Positions 11,347-23,129 of a DNA stretch of 64,000 bases are shown piece after piece. Position 1 is the stretch's first letter; each line of letters starts with the position of its first letter. A program made the position numbers and the translations under genes. The DNA comes from Macrostomum lignano (lineage: Eukaryota). The notes under the pieces were generated by a model. The model ran no database searches and was not told the origin of the DNA. It was given only the letters and a program-made list of their open reading frames with translations. The stretch lies in assembly GCA_002269645.1 (NCBI GenBank), contig NIVC01000662.1:186001-250000 (forward strand), in the 5' to 3' direction.

Positions 11347-11427
11347 ATGATGGACGGTTTGTACCCGGGCGCGGGCGGCCCGCACTACAGGAGCTCCTGG
11401 GAGGCGATGCGACGCTGCGGTCCCTCC
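11347..11427 (+). CDS. POU4: POU class IV transcription factor (paralog A), exon 1
   Basis: MMDGLYPGAGGPHYRSSWEAMRRCGPS matches the Brn-3 N-terminal SEAMRR motif. Phase-0 donor TCC|GTGAGT. Confidence 0.75.
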
Positions 11428-11614
11428 GTGAGTGCCCGACTAAACTATACTGTTTTAAAAATCTGACCCTGAATAAACTTCTGCCTCGCGAACTCGCTCT
11501 CGCCCTCCCTCCAAGCATGCGTGCGCCGCTTTGTTTGCTCAAGGCCACTCCTCTCCACACAAGTTTCAACCGTAAGTTCACTCGACACTTCCCTTCCCTT
11601 TCCCTTAACAACAG

Positions 11615-12796
11615 GCCGCAGCCTTCGGCCTGGAGGACAACATCCTGGTTCGAGCCGCCAACCTCGTCGACACGCACGCTGGCGGAGTCGGCAGCGGCGA
11701 CGTCAAGCCCGGCGGCATGTCGGTGCCGCCGTTTCTGCGGCATCCGCAGGACGGCCTGCAGTACGCGGCGGCGGCGGCAGCGGCGACTCCTCCTGGCTTT
11801 GACAGTCAGGGCAGGCCGGCCGCCCCGCATCCGCAGATGCAGCCGCAGGCTCAGCATCAGCATCAGCAACAACAACAACATGAGCACACCCAGCAGCTGT
11901 TGCAGCATCCTTCCCAGCATCATCATCAGCTTCATCAGCAGCAGCAGCAACAGCAGCAGCAACATCTGCAGCATCAGCAGCAGCAACAGCAGCAGCAACA
12001 CGCCCTGTACATGCACGACATGCACCACGGCGCTGCGGGGTTCGAGTCCCACCTGCACGCCATGGGCGCCGTGGCCGGCTACGCCTACCCGACCTCCGCC
12101 TACGCCGCCTCCGTCAATTCCTCCTCCCCCTCGTCCTCGCAGGCGGCGGCAATGGCAGCAGCGGCCGCGGTCACCTCCAGCGCTGCCGCAGCTGCAGCCG
12201 CCGCCGCCGCAGGCCAGATGGTCGGGGACGCCTGCGCCGTCGGTCCCTACGGCATGCCGCAGCTGTCGCAGGCGCCGCAGCCGCCAGTCGGCGAGCTGGA
12301 CTACGATCCGCGCGAGCTAGAAGCCTTCGCCGAGCGGTTCAAGCAGCGCCGGATCAAGCTGGGCGTCACCCAGGCCGACGTTGGCAAGGCGCTGGGCAAC
12401 CTGAAGCTGCCTGGAGTCGGGTCCCTGTCGCAGTCGACCATGTCGCTGACGCTGTCGCTGACGCTCAGCCACAACAACATGATCGCGCTCAAGCCGGTGC
12501 TCCAGGCCTGGCTGGAGGAGGCCGAGCACGTCGCCATGGAGCGGCTGAAGAACCCGGACTTCTACGGCGACGGGCTGGACAAGAAGCGCAAGCGAACGTC
12601 CATAACGGACGCGGAGAAGCGCTCGCTGGAGGCCTACTTCCACGTGCAGCCCCGGCCGTCCTCGGAGAAGATCTCCCAGATTGCCGAGAAGCTCAACCTG
12701 AAGAAGAATGTCGTCCGAGTCTGGTTCTGCAACCAGCGCCAGAAGCAGAAGCGAATGAAATTTGCTTCCCCGGGCATGCACCCGAGCCCGATCTGA
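11615..12796 (+). CDS. POU4: POU class IV transcription factor (paralog A), exon 2; POU-specific helix 3 altered
   Basis: In-frame acceptor ACAG at 11614. POU4-box-like FGLEDNILVRAANL, polyQ/H and polyA tracts, POU-S DPRELEAFAERFKQRRIKLGVTQADVG, homeodomain KRKRTSI...VVRVWFCNQRQKQKRMK. Confidence 0.93.
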   Translation, partial: AAAFGLEDNILVRAANLVDTHAGGVGSGDVKPGGMSVPPFLRHPQDGLQYAAAAAAATPPGFDSQGRPAAPHPQMQPQAQHQHQQQQQHEHTQQLLQHPSQHHHQLHQQQQQQQQQHLQHQQQQQQQQHALYMHDMHHGAAGFESHLHAMGAVAGYAYPTSAYAASVNSSSPSSSQAAAMAAAAAVTSSAAAAAAAAAAGQMVGDACAVGPYGMPQLSQAPQPPVGELDYDPRELEAFAERFKQRRIKLGVTQADVGKALGNLKLPGVGSLSQSTMSLTLSLTLSHNNMIALKPVLQAWLEEAEHVAMERLKNPDFYGDGLDKKRKRTSITDAEKRSLEAYFHVQPRPSSEKISQIAEKLNLKKNVVRVWFCNQRQKQKRMKFASPGMHPSPI

Positions 12797-13009
12797 CTCT
12801 CCCTGTCGGTGACTGCTGGATTATTTTCTTACACCTGAACCTGGGACGGTGGGCAGCTAAGCCTACAGATGCTCATGCTGAGCACGAGGGACCCCACGCT
12901 ATTCTTGTCGTTCGAATTTGTGGCACACACGAGGTCTGCCCGATGGTTCCTGTTGAATCCTTTGTCTGAATCTTTATGCGACTGTCTCACTGTATTTTGC
13001 TATCTAGTT

Positions 13010-13445
13010 CTGTCTCTCTCTAGGTCTATCTCTCTAGGTCTATCTCTCTGGGTCTATATCTCTCTAGGTCTATCTCTCTGGGTCTATATCTCTCTAGGTC
13101 TATCTCTCTAGGTCTATTTCTCTATGTCTATCTCTCTGGGTCTATATCTCTCTAGGTCTATCTCTCTATGTCTATCTCTCTGGATCTATATCTCTCTGGG
13201 TCTATATCTCTCTAGGTCTATCTCTCTAGGTCTATCTCTCTAGGTCTATCTCTCTATGTCTATCTCTCTGGATCTATCTCTCTAGGTCTATCTCTCTAGG
13301 TCTATCTCTCTAGGTCCATCTCTCTAAGTCTATCTCTCTAGGTCTATCTCTCTAGGTCTGTCTCTCTGGGTATATCTCTAGGTAGATCTCTCTATGTCTA
13401 TCTCTCTACTTCTATCTCTCTAGGTCAATCTCTCTGGGTCTCTAT
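13010..13445. repeat. 14-bp minisatellite
   Basis: Unit tctatctctctagg and variants. Confidence 0.9.
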
Positions 13446-14009
13446 ATCCCTCCCTATCTGTGCGTCAGCTGTTCGTTGCATTTGTGTGCTCAGACTCCGC
13501 ACAAGCCCCTTTGCACCTGCAGTCCAATGCATGGACTCGCACAGCACTTGCACCCTATATTGATTCCTCATTCGAACAAATTTTCTGTTACCTATTATTA
13601 GCAGTCCCTATACCACTCGGCTGGACTTTCATCTATCTAGTCTTTGTTTGACTCTCTGTTTGACTGTCGTTCAACTTTTATTTGCTCTTTTTGAGGGTAT
13701 GGTTTCTTTTTTAAATTTAATCCTAAAACATTTGTCTATTGCTTGCTTGCTGGGTTCTCCGCTTTAAAATTTTGCTTTTTTGATCTGAATTGCAAGTTGT
13801 TATTAATATATATATATAATTAAAAATTAATCTCAAATTACTTATTCGTATGCATTAGTAAAAAAGTGAAAACAAATGAAATTCATCAAGTTTGAGTAGC
13901 TGACTCAGATTAGACAGTACTTAGCATTAATAACTATATTTAATATCACTTTAAATAGGTTTTGAAAATGCCCACAAAATCATAAAGCTTTGCACAGACT
14001 CACTAAATG

Positions 14010-14540
14010 TCAAACAGACCCATAAAGCTTCACGCAGTTCTACGAAGCTTCACACAGACACTCAAAGCTTCACACAGACACTCAAAGCTTCACACAGATA
14101 CTCAGAGCGTCACACAGACCCGTAAAGCATCACACAGACCCATAATGCGTCACAAAGATCCATAAAGCGTCACACAGACCCATAAAGCATCACACAGAAA
14201 CCCATAGAGCATCACACAGACCCATAAAGCATCACACAGACCCATAAAGCATCACACAGAAACCCATAGAGCATCACACAGACCCATAAAGCATCACACA
14301 GACCCATAAAGCATCACACAGAAACCCATAGAGCATCACACAGACCCATAAAGCATCACAAAGAAACCCATAAAGCATCACACAGAAACCCATAGAGCAT
14401 CACACAGACCCATAAAGCATCACAAAGAAACCCATAAAGCATCACACAGAAACCCATAAAGCATCACACAGAAACCCATAGAGCATCACACAGACCCATA
14501 AAGCATCACAAAGAAACCCATAAAGCATCACACAGAAACC
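14010..14540. repeat. 20-21-bp minisatellite
   Basis: Unit cacacagacccataaagcat / cacacagaaacccatagagcat. Confidence 0.92.
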
Positions 14541-15047
14541 AAACACCCAAAGCTTGTCTATCGCATGTCTCTTATGAGAAAAATCCAATCCAGTTAAATG
14601 GCCATAGGCTTGCATCCAAGTCAATTTATAAAGTTTGTGAAAAAAACAAATTTCACAGAGAACTGACACGTGGCAGTTTTGAGAAGCTGACAGCCGAAGC
14701 ATTGCCAAGTTGAATCATGCATGTTCAGCTTCTCAGATCACAACGGTTGACTTTGTTTGCTCAAGAAGCTTCTGCAGGCAAACTAAAGAATAACAGAGCC
14801 TGCAGCAGCTTCCAGTCCACCGCAATCTCTTTGCCAATGCACCTTTTGCCAAGCTAATATATTGATTGATCTTGTAAGGCTTTTTTTGAGAGTTGGTCAG
14901 CCTCGGTCGCCTCCGCCATCATCTCAGTTTGCAGGAGGGAAAGAAAGAGAGAAACTACATCTAGTTCAGGGACTCCTTAATAAGAGGTCCATGCCTCAAC
15001 AGAATTTTTTTTAAATAAAGTTCGTTGGTAGGGCATTTCCTACGGAG

Positions 15048-15078
<31 letters not shown>

Positions 15079-15879
15079 TTCTCCCCCTAAAGTCTTCGCT
15101 AAAGGGAAAGCATTATAGTAAGGTGTATATACGTCAGTAGTAAGTAAGTAGTTGGTAGCTGGCAGCAGAGCTGATTGAATGCCTGTGTGTAGGAAATACA
15201 CACGGAGGTACACACAGGAGAGCTACATCCATGCTTCCCTCCCGCCGTTTGCGGCATGTCCTCAGGTACATAGTGGAGGGGCATTGTTTAATCTAGTGGG
15301 GGGACTTAGCGGGCGATGGGGGATGGGGGAGGGCCTGCAGAGTCGCCAGCCAGCATAAATATTTCACACAGCTGCGCGATTCTCACAGGCCAAGTGTGCC
15401 TCATCTCTCTCTCTCTCTCTCTCTCTCTCACCAAAAAACCCACCGTTTTTTACACTAATACTACGGCTATATAATAACTCTAGAATTATTTCAGCAAGAG
15501 AGCTCATTAAATGGTGCCGCCATGCTCAGCTTTAGATTAGATGGGGGGGTGAAGGGGTGAGGGGGAGAGAGAGGAGAGACTCAAACAGGCGATGGCGGTG
15601 GGAGGCTGGGGCAACATCTAGAAATTCTTAGTCTTAGTAACTATAATGCAGACTATTTAAATAATCATTTTTGTCTGCAAATAAACCGATTAAACTTTGA
15701 ATAACAATACTTGAAATATGGGAATTATAGTAACAGGGCTGGGTTTTCAGCTGCGCATTATAATTTTTTGACATGCATCTTCATCTTTTTGTGAGGTTAA
15801 ACAATCCATAAATTTTCTATTTTTAATCCCGGAGTAAATGAGTTCGTTGAGAGTGGAAGCGGGAGAGACCGACTCCTAG

Positions 15880-16200
15880 GGAGAAGAAGGAGAGGATGAG
15901 AAGAGGGGGAGGATGAGAAGAGGGGAGGATGAGAGGAGGGGGAGGATGAGAAGAGGGGGAGGATGAGAAGAGGGGAGGATGAGAAGAGGGGAGGATGAGA
16001 AGAGGGGGAGGATGAGAAGAGGGGGAGGATGAGAAGAGGGAGGATGAGAAGAGGGGAGGATGAGAAGAGGGGGAGGATGAGAAGAGGGGAGGATGAGAAG
16101 AGGGGGAGGGTGAGAAGAGGCGGAGGATGAGAAGAGGGGGAGGATGAGAAGAGGGGGAGGATGAGAAGAGGGGAGGATGAGAACAGGGGCGGATGAGGTG
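15880..16200. repeat. 17-18-bp purine-rich minisatellite
   Basis: Unit gaggatgagaagagggg(g). Confidence 0.92.
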
Positions 16201-16984
16201 AGAGTGGCCACCTCAAAGGCCTTCCAATCCTCAATCTGGGCTCACAGCTCCAGTTTCTCAGCCGCATCGCGTATAAATGCTCACAGTTCTATCATTGTTG
16301 TGCCCTGTAGACCTTAACTCTTTGCCTGTAATGAAATGTCAACAGTTGAACAATACGGTGAGATCGCAGGCTGTACAGAGAAAAGACAATGATAACAAGA
16401 AAAGAAGCTACATTGATAGATTTATTGCCATAACCATAATTTCTTGTTCCACAAGCCTGCTTCTTTGACGACTTGAACGAATGAGCTTGATGGGAGAAAC
16501 TCCCCCCCCCCAATTGATTGATGACTTGTGACTTTTTGCAAAGCTCTGGCTTGTTTTTTTCCCCTCCTCCGCACCTGAATGCCCCCCCCCCCACCAAAAA
16601 ATCCTCAACCAGCAGCCTCTCAGCCTCATCATTATCAGAGACAGAAATATGGAAGTCGCTAAAGTCATGAGCTGGTGGTGTGTAGCTGTTGGGATAATTT
16701 CCCCTGACAAGAGCCCGCGCCTACCCGCCTCGGCCATCATCAAAAAGTCAAGCTATTTGTTTCGCTATTCTCATGCCATAAAATAATATATCAATTTATG
16801 CGAAGGATTGTTCCCCAACTTCCCAGCATGATCCATGGGGCAAACAAGTGGCGGTGCCGGTATGATGCGGGCTTGGCCTTGTAGAGTCCTGCTGAGAACA
16901 CTGAAAATTCACGCGCAGACTCTGAATGAGAGACAGGCTTCACGAAACTTCACAAACAGGTGGCAGATACATTATGCAGAGTCT

Positions 16985-17390
16985 TAAACTTTCACAAAGA
17001 CCCCAGAAACTTCACGCAGACCCCAGAAACTTCACACAGACCCCAGAAGATTCACGCAGACCCCAGAAGATTCACACAGACCCAGAAACTTTCACACCGA
17101 CTCCATAAACTTCACACAGACCCCAGAAACTTCACACAGACCCCAGAAACTTCACACAGACCCCAGAAACTTCACACAGACCCCAGAAACTTCACACAGA
17201 CCCCAGAAGGTCCATACAAACTCCAGAAACTTCATACAGACTTCAGAAACTTCATACAGACTCCATAAACTTCATACAGAGTACAGACTCTAGAAACTTC
17301 ACACAGACTCCAGAAACTTTATACAGACTTCAGAAACTTCACACAGACCACAGAAGATTCACACAGACTCCAGAAGCAGACTCATAAAGC
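16985..17390. repeat. 20-bp minisatellite
   Basis: Unit cacacagaccccagaaactt. Confidence 0.92.
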
Positions 17391-19109
17391 TTCTCAGACT
17401 CAGAGCTTGCCACCAGGATCAGGATGTACCCCGATTCTCTTCCCCAAATTCAACTACCATTCACCGTTGCCAACTCCGGACAAACCTGACTGACACACCT
17501 GACACCAATTAACCGCTGGAATTCCCTGCCATATTGCGTCACCACCCCCACCCCGTGCAGTGAATTCCATAAGGAATGAAAGTGAGCGCCAGGCGTATGG
17601 GAGTTGGAAGGGCCAAGATCCTCATTTTCGGGGAAATTGACTCACCGCAGTCTTCATGCTCCCCCCCCCAACTGTGCGGACCCCGGCCGCCTCAAGGGAA
17701 CAATAAAACAAACCGGCGGGGGGTCACCTTCTGGTGGTCGGTCGGGACTTGGCCTGAGACGCTGCTATATACTGATAGTTAGAACTGCTCAAGACTGTTG
17801 ATGCAGCTTAACAGCGGTCTGGCCAGACTCTCCAACTCCAACGCAGCTGTTCCCATCCAGACAGACTTCCCAGGGATGTTTTTGCGTGTAAAACAGGCCA
17901 AGGCATATAATCCCAGCCTTGCCCCTAATAAGCTTCAAGAGAGCTTTGGTATGCGCTGAGTTCTGGGGGGGGGGGGCGGGGTTCGCGGTGTGTGTGCGGT
18001 ATGTGTTTGCGCGTGTGTCCTGCAGTCGCTCTTCCCTTGGAACAGAAAATCTTTTTACAATCCTATATAGGATTTTTTGTAGAATACAAGCGAATAAAAC
18101 AAGCCTGTCCCTCCGCGTCTTAGGCCGATCTCAGCGAGACAGGGGGACATAACCTCAGAGTGGCTGCGGCCTGTCGCTGCGGCGGTGTCATTACTCAATC
18201 GGTGCGTATGATGGGGTATAAAACACGGGCCAAGGCTGAAGACCAGATGGGCAGCGGGAGACGGGGAATCGGAGCGGACGAGAGCAAGCGAGAGAACATG
18301 TGCAATGCGACCCGACTCCTAAGCTCTGCCTACCCCCGCCCCCGCTCCTTGAGCTTGATCCCCTCCCCCCAAAGCCATGGATCCTCGCGAGTCACCTGGA
18401 CTCATTTATCTGATATCTATCTGATATCTATCTGAATGCGGCTGGATTAGATTTTTTATAGTTATTCATTGTTAAAAGCAAGAGATTCAGTGTTCGTGCC
18501 TCCACCCCCGCTACCGGTGGCCACATGTTATCAAAGTTTAGGCCTAGACTGGCCGCTTATTTGGCTCTTGACTGCGGGTCAGTGCTGTCAGAGGTAGAGA
18601 GGGAGAGGGGGATAGTGTAGCATCCTGTAGCAATACTAAAGGATGCTAAAGTGCTTTAGTACGTGTAAAAGTATGTAAGAAGTATTGAAAAAAGTTATTT
18701 TTTTTAAATCGTTGACAGATCATAGTCGCCACACAGTTTATTATATAATAATAGCTACAGTTAATATACAACCGCAATTAAAGTTGGACCCCCTGATGTG
18801 CAGTCCAGCCAGTGAAAGCCGAAATTTCTCTTTAAACATTTAGTAGATGGAGCAGATTGACAGGTGAAAGTGACCCGTCTGTCCGTTCCACATGGAGTTA
18901 TAATGACATTCGCTACGCTCTGTTGAGCCAATCTTTTTTAATTGCCATTTTTATTGCCAATCAGAGCTGATTTCCAACCCGGCTAATTGTACAGCAACTG
19001 CGGCGGCTGTGGGAGAATTCAGGTGAACTGCTGTTTGCCATTCATTTGGCAGCTGGCCAGTGCGTTCGGGTGCGCCTGCCGCTCTCCTCTAGCAAGAGAT
19101 ACTTGAGAT

Positions 19110-19660
19110 GAGAGTATCTCTTCTCTCCTCTCCTATCCTCTTGTCCTCTCCTCTCTCCCCTCCTCTCTCATATCTCCTCTCCTTTCTCCTCTCCTCCCTC
19201 CTCTCTCCTCTCTCCTCTCCTCTCTCCTCTCCTCTCCTCTCTCCTCTCCTATCCTCTTATCCTCTCCTCTCTCCTCTCCTCTCTCATATCTCCTCTCCTT
19301 TCTCCTCTCCTCTCCTTTCTCCTCTCCTCCCTCCTCTCTCCTCTCCTTTCTCCTCTCCTTTCTCCTCTCCTCTCTCCTCTCCTATCCTCTTCTCCTCTCC
19401 TCTCTCCTCTCCTCTCTCATATCTCCTCTCCTTTCTCCTCTCCTCTCTCCTCCCTTCTCTCCTCTCCCCTCCCCTCTCCTCTCTCCCTCTCTTCTCTTAT
19501 CTCCACTCTCCTTTCTACTCTCCTCTCTCATATCGCATCTCCACTCACCTCTCTCCTCTCCCTCTCATCTTCACTCTCCTCTCTGCTTTCCTCTCTTCTA
19601 CGAGTATCTCTCCTTCTCCTCTCTCCTCTCCTTTCTTCCTTCTCCCCAGTCTCATCTCAT
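19110..19660. repeat. CT-rich low-complexity tract
   Basis: (CTCCT)n-like polypyrimidine stretch. Confidence 0.9.
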
Positions 19661-20029
19661 TTCTCTTATCTCGCTGGGTCTTTCCCCATTCATCTATCTC
19701 ACATTGCCCGCTAATGTACACCTGTAACTCTTCTCATCTCTGTCTCACTCATCTCGATACCACTCTCAGTATCTACTTCTTCAACTCCCATTAACGCTCT
19801 TTATGGTAGAGATTAATAGCTTCAAAGCTGAGGGCCAAAAATGAGAGACCTGGATAAACACAGAGAATGATTCATCTTGGCCGCGTTTGCTGGTTTGACA
19901 AATCCCCATTTTACATTAAGAAGTGGAAAGCAGATATCGTATGGTTTGGCTTCTACAGACAGACCGGTGGGCATTTGATCGAGCGCGAGCTGCCTTTTAT
20001 GCACTGAGAATTTTGTCCAGCCTGATTTA

Positions 20030-20665
<636 letters not shown>

Positions 20666-21281
20666 TCACCCCTGAGAGGGCTCTCACCCCTCTCCCCTCT
20701 CTTTAATCCGCTTGAGAACTGCAACGGAGGCCCTCGCGATTCCTAGGAGGCGCTGCAGCCTCATCAAGCGCAGGCCTGCAGCCGCCTTCGGATTGGCGCA
20801 TTAATTATTAACTGTTTTTTTCTCTCCAGGAGCTGACAGCGGGGCTGCAGCGACTGAACAGTGACTGCCACCGCCTACTCTCAAGCGACGACAATTTTTG
20901 CGAGTAGCTATGGGGTGGGGACAGATGCAGCGTCCCCCAGCCTCCGCTCCTGGTCCCGCTGCTGCTGTTGAATAATGCAGCATCGAGGGGGCCAAGCCAA
21001 TCTTGGCTGCAGAGGGGGGGGGCTGAAAAATGCATGAGCTTATATATGCGAATGAGGAGGCCCGAGTCGGTATCTGTACTCGGGAATTAAATCAATTCTT
21101 TCTCAGTCTACGCCTCTTGTTTTTTTGCATCTTGCCCGAGCGTGTTCTAAAATTTCATCCTTCTCTACTTCTCAAATCTTTGACTTTTTCAAATTTTGGC
21201 TAATTGCTTCGCTATAATTGATTCTTACTGTAGGTTATTGGTCCTGAATTTTAGCTCAATATTATTAAATAGTTATTGGTC

Positions 21282-21620
21282 TTAGCTCTTGGTTCTTAGC
21301 TCTTGGTTCTTAGCTCTTGGTTCTTAGCTCTTGGTTCTTAGCTCTTGGTTCTTAGCTCTTGGTTCTTAGCGCTTAGTTCTTAGCTCTTGGTTCTTAGCGC
21401 TTAGTTCTTAGCTCTTGGTTCTTAGCTCTTGGTTCTTAGCTCTTGGTTCTTAGCGCTTAGTTCTTAGCTCTTGGTTCTTAACTCTTGGTTCTTAGCTCTT
21501 GGTTCTTAGCTCTTGGTTCTTAGCTCTTGGTTCTTAACTCTTGGTTCTTAGCTCTTGGTTCTTAGCTCTTGGTTCTTAGCTCTTGGTTCTTAGCTCTTGG
21601 TTCTTAAATCTTGGTTCTTA
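21282..21620. repeat. 14-bp minisatellite
   Basis: Unit tcttagctcttggt, about 24 copies. Confidence 0.95.
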
Positions 21621-22007
21621 ACTGTTTCTGTTCGGTTAACTCTTAGCTCTCTAACTTACTGATTACTGACTCTTTGTTCGTGTTCAGTTGAGCTCATCTT
21701 TCACTCAAATACGCGGTTCTGAACTGTCTGTATCGAACTGATTCGCCCTTTATCTGTAAAACTCAATCGCTCCCGATTCGCAAATCCTCAAACGTGACAT
21801 TTTGCTTCAAGCGTGACTGTTCGCGTCAAAAATAGTTTTGCGCAACCTTCAAGCGATTGAATTGAAATCGATTATACAGATTTATTTTATCCCCAAGTCC
21901 AGAAACGGGAGCAGGAGGGGCCTGATGTTGGGGGATATTGTGAATCCATCGTACGCTCGTATTAACAGCCATAGTGTTTTTCAGTCGTTCTTATTCCACA
22001 GGTTTAT

Positions 22008-23087
22008 TCACATGTCCAGCGTCTGGCCGCTGTCCTCGTCGGTGCCAACTTCGAAGTCTTCGGCCTCGCCCGGCGGCAGCGGGAGACGCCGGCAGGTTGG
22101 CGTCGGCGGCGCCTGGTCGGCCTGGCAGTTGCCGATCTTGATTCTCTTCTGCTTCTGGCGCTGGTTGCAGAACCAGACTCTCACGACGCTCTTCTTTAGG
22201 CCGAGCTTCTGAGCAATGTCGCCGATCTTGTCCGAGGACGGCCGGGACTGCACGGCGAAATAGGCTTCGAGAGAGCGCCGCTCCGGCGTTGCTATGGAAG
22301 TCCGGCGCCGCTTGGCCTCGCGAAGGCCCGAGCACAGCCTGGACTGGTACTGCCGCTCCGCGTGCACCAGCCACTGCTCCAGGATCGGCCGCAGCGCCAG
22401 CATGTTGTTGTGGCTCAGGGTCAGCGACTCGAACCGGCAGATGGTCGACTGCGACAGCGAGCCCATGCCGGCCACGTTCAGCTGGGCGATGTCGCGGCCA
22501 ACGTCGGCCTGGGTGAAACCGAGCTTCACTCGGCGCTGCTTGAACGCCTCGGCGAACTGCTCCAGATCGCGGATGGTCTCCTGGCTCAGCGTCTGGCTGA
22601 TGGCTCTGGCCTCCTCCAGCCACTGGATCCCGCTTGGTGAGGAGCCGCCGCCGTGCATCGGCGAGGACTGGTGCACCTGCTGCTGCTGCTGCTGTTGGGC
22701 CAGATGAGGCGGAGGCTGAGTTGGTGCCTCAGCGGCAGTCGAGTAGCAGTGGAATCCGAAGACTGCGGCCGCAGCGGCTTGCTGGCCGAAGTCGAGGCTG
22801 TTGCCGGTGTACCAGCAGCTGGGCTGGCTCTGATGGTGATGCTGCTGCGTCTGCTGAGGCTGATGATGCTGGTGCTGATGGTGCTGAAGATGGTGATGAT
22901 GCTCCTGGTGGTGACTCGAGTAGCCGTGATGAAGGCTGTGCTGCTGATGCTGCTGATGCTGCAGGTTCCAAGCTGCTGCGGCGGCTGTCGCGGCCGCGGC
23001 CGTGAGGCCGAAATGCTGCTGCAGATTGTCTGCAGGTGGATGTTCCTGTCTGACAGCTGGACAGGCTCCACCGTTGGTGGTTGCCAT
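22008..23087 (-). CDS. POU4: Divergent POU class IV transcription factor (paralog B), single coding exon, 359 aa
   Basis: ATG at 23087. POU-S RDLEQFAEAFKQRRVKLGFTQADVG...SLSQSTICRFESLTLSHNNMLAL and homeodomain KRRRTSIATPERRSLEAYF...VVRVWFCNQRQKQKR carry POU4-diagnostic residues. Q/H-rich N-terminus. Confidence 0.92.
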   Translation of the reverse strand: MATTNGGACPAVRQEHPPADNLQQHFGLTAAAATAAAAAWNLQHQQHQQHSLHHGYSSHHQEHHHHLQHHQHQHHQPQQTQQHHHQSQPSCWYTGNSLDFGQQAAAAAVFGFHCYSTAAEAPTQPPPHLAQQQQQQQVHQSSPMHGGGSSPSGIQWLEEARAISQTLSQETIRDLEQFAEAFKQRRVKLGFTQADVGRDIAQLNVAGMGSLSQSTICRFESLTLSHNNMLALRPILEQWLVHAERQYQSRLCSGLREAKRRRTSIATPERRSLEAYFAVQSRPSSDKIGDIAQKLGLKKSVVRVWFCNQRQKQKRIKIGNCQADQAPPTPTCRRLPLPPGEAEDFEVGTDEDSGQTLDM

Positions 23088-23129
23088 GGTGACTAGATGA
23101 GGCGACGCGTAGGATGCTTAGCTGCGATC

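Noticed and set aside
14645-14712. FHRELTRGSFEKLTAE, reminiscent of HSP70 ITRARFEEL
   Set aside because: Stops on both sides and no continuation of HSP70 similarity. Likely chance.
22289-23096. Multiple antisense and alternate-frame ORFs over POU4-B (likewise over GNB1L, POU4-A and BARD1 exon 1)
   Set aside because: Expected shadows of GC-rich coding sequence. No independent motifs or splice support.
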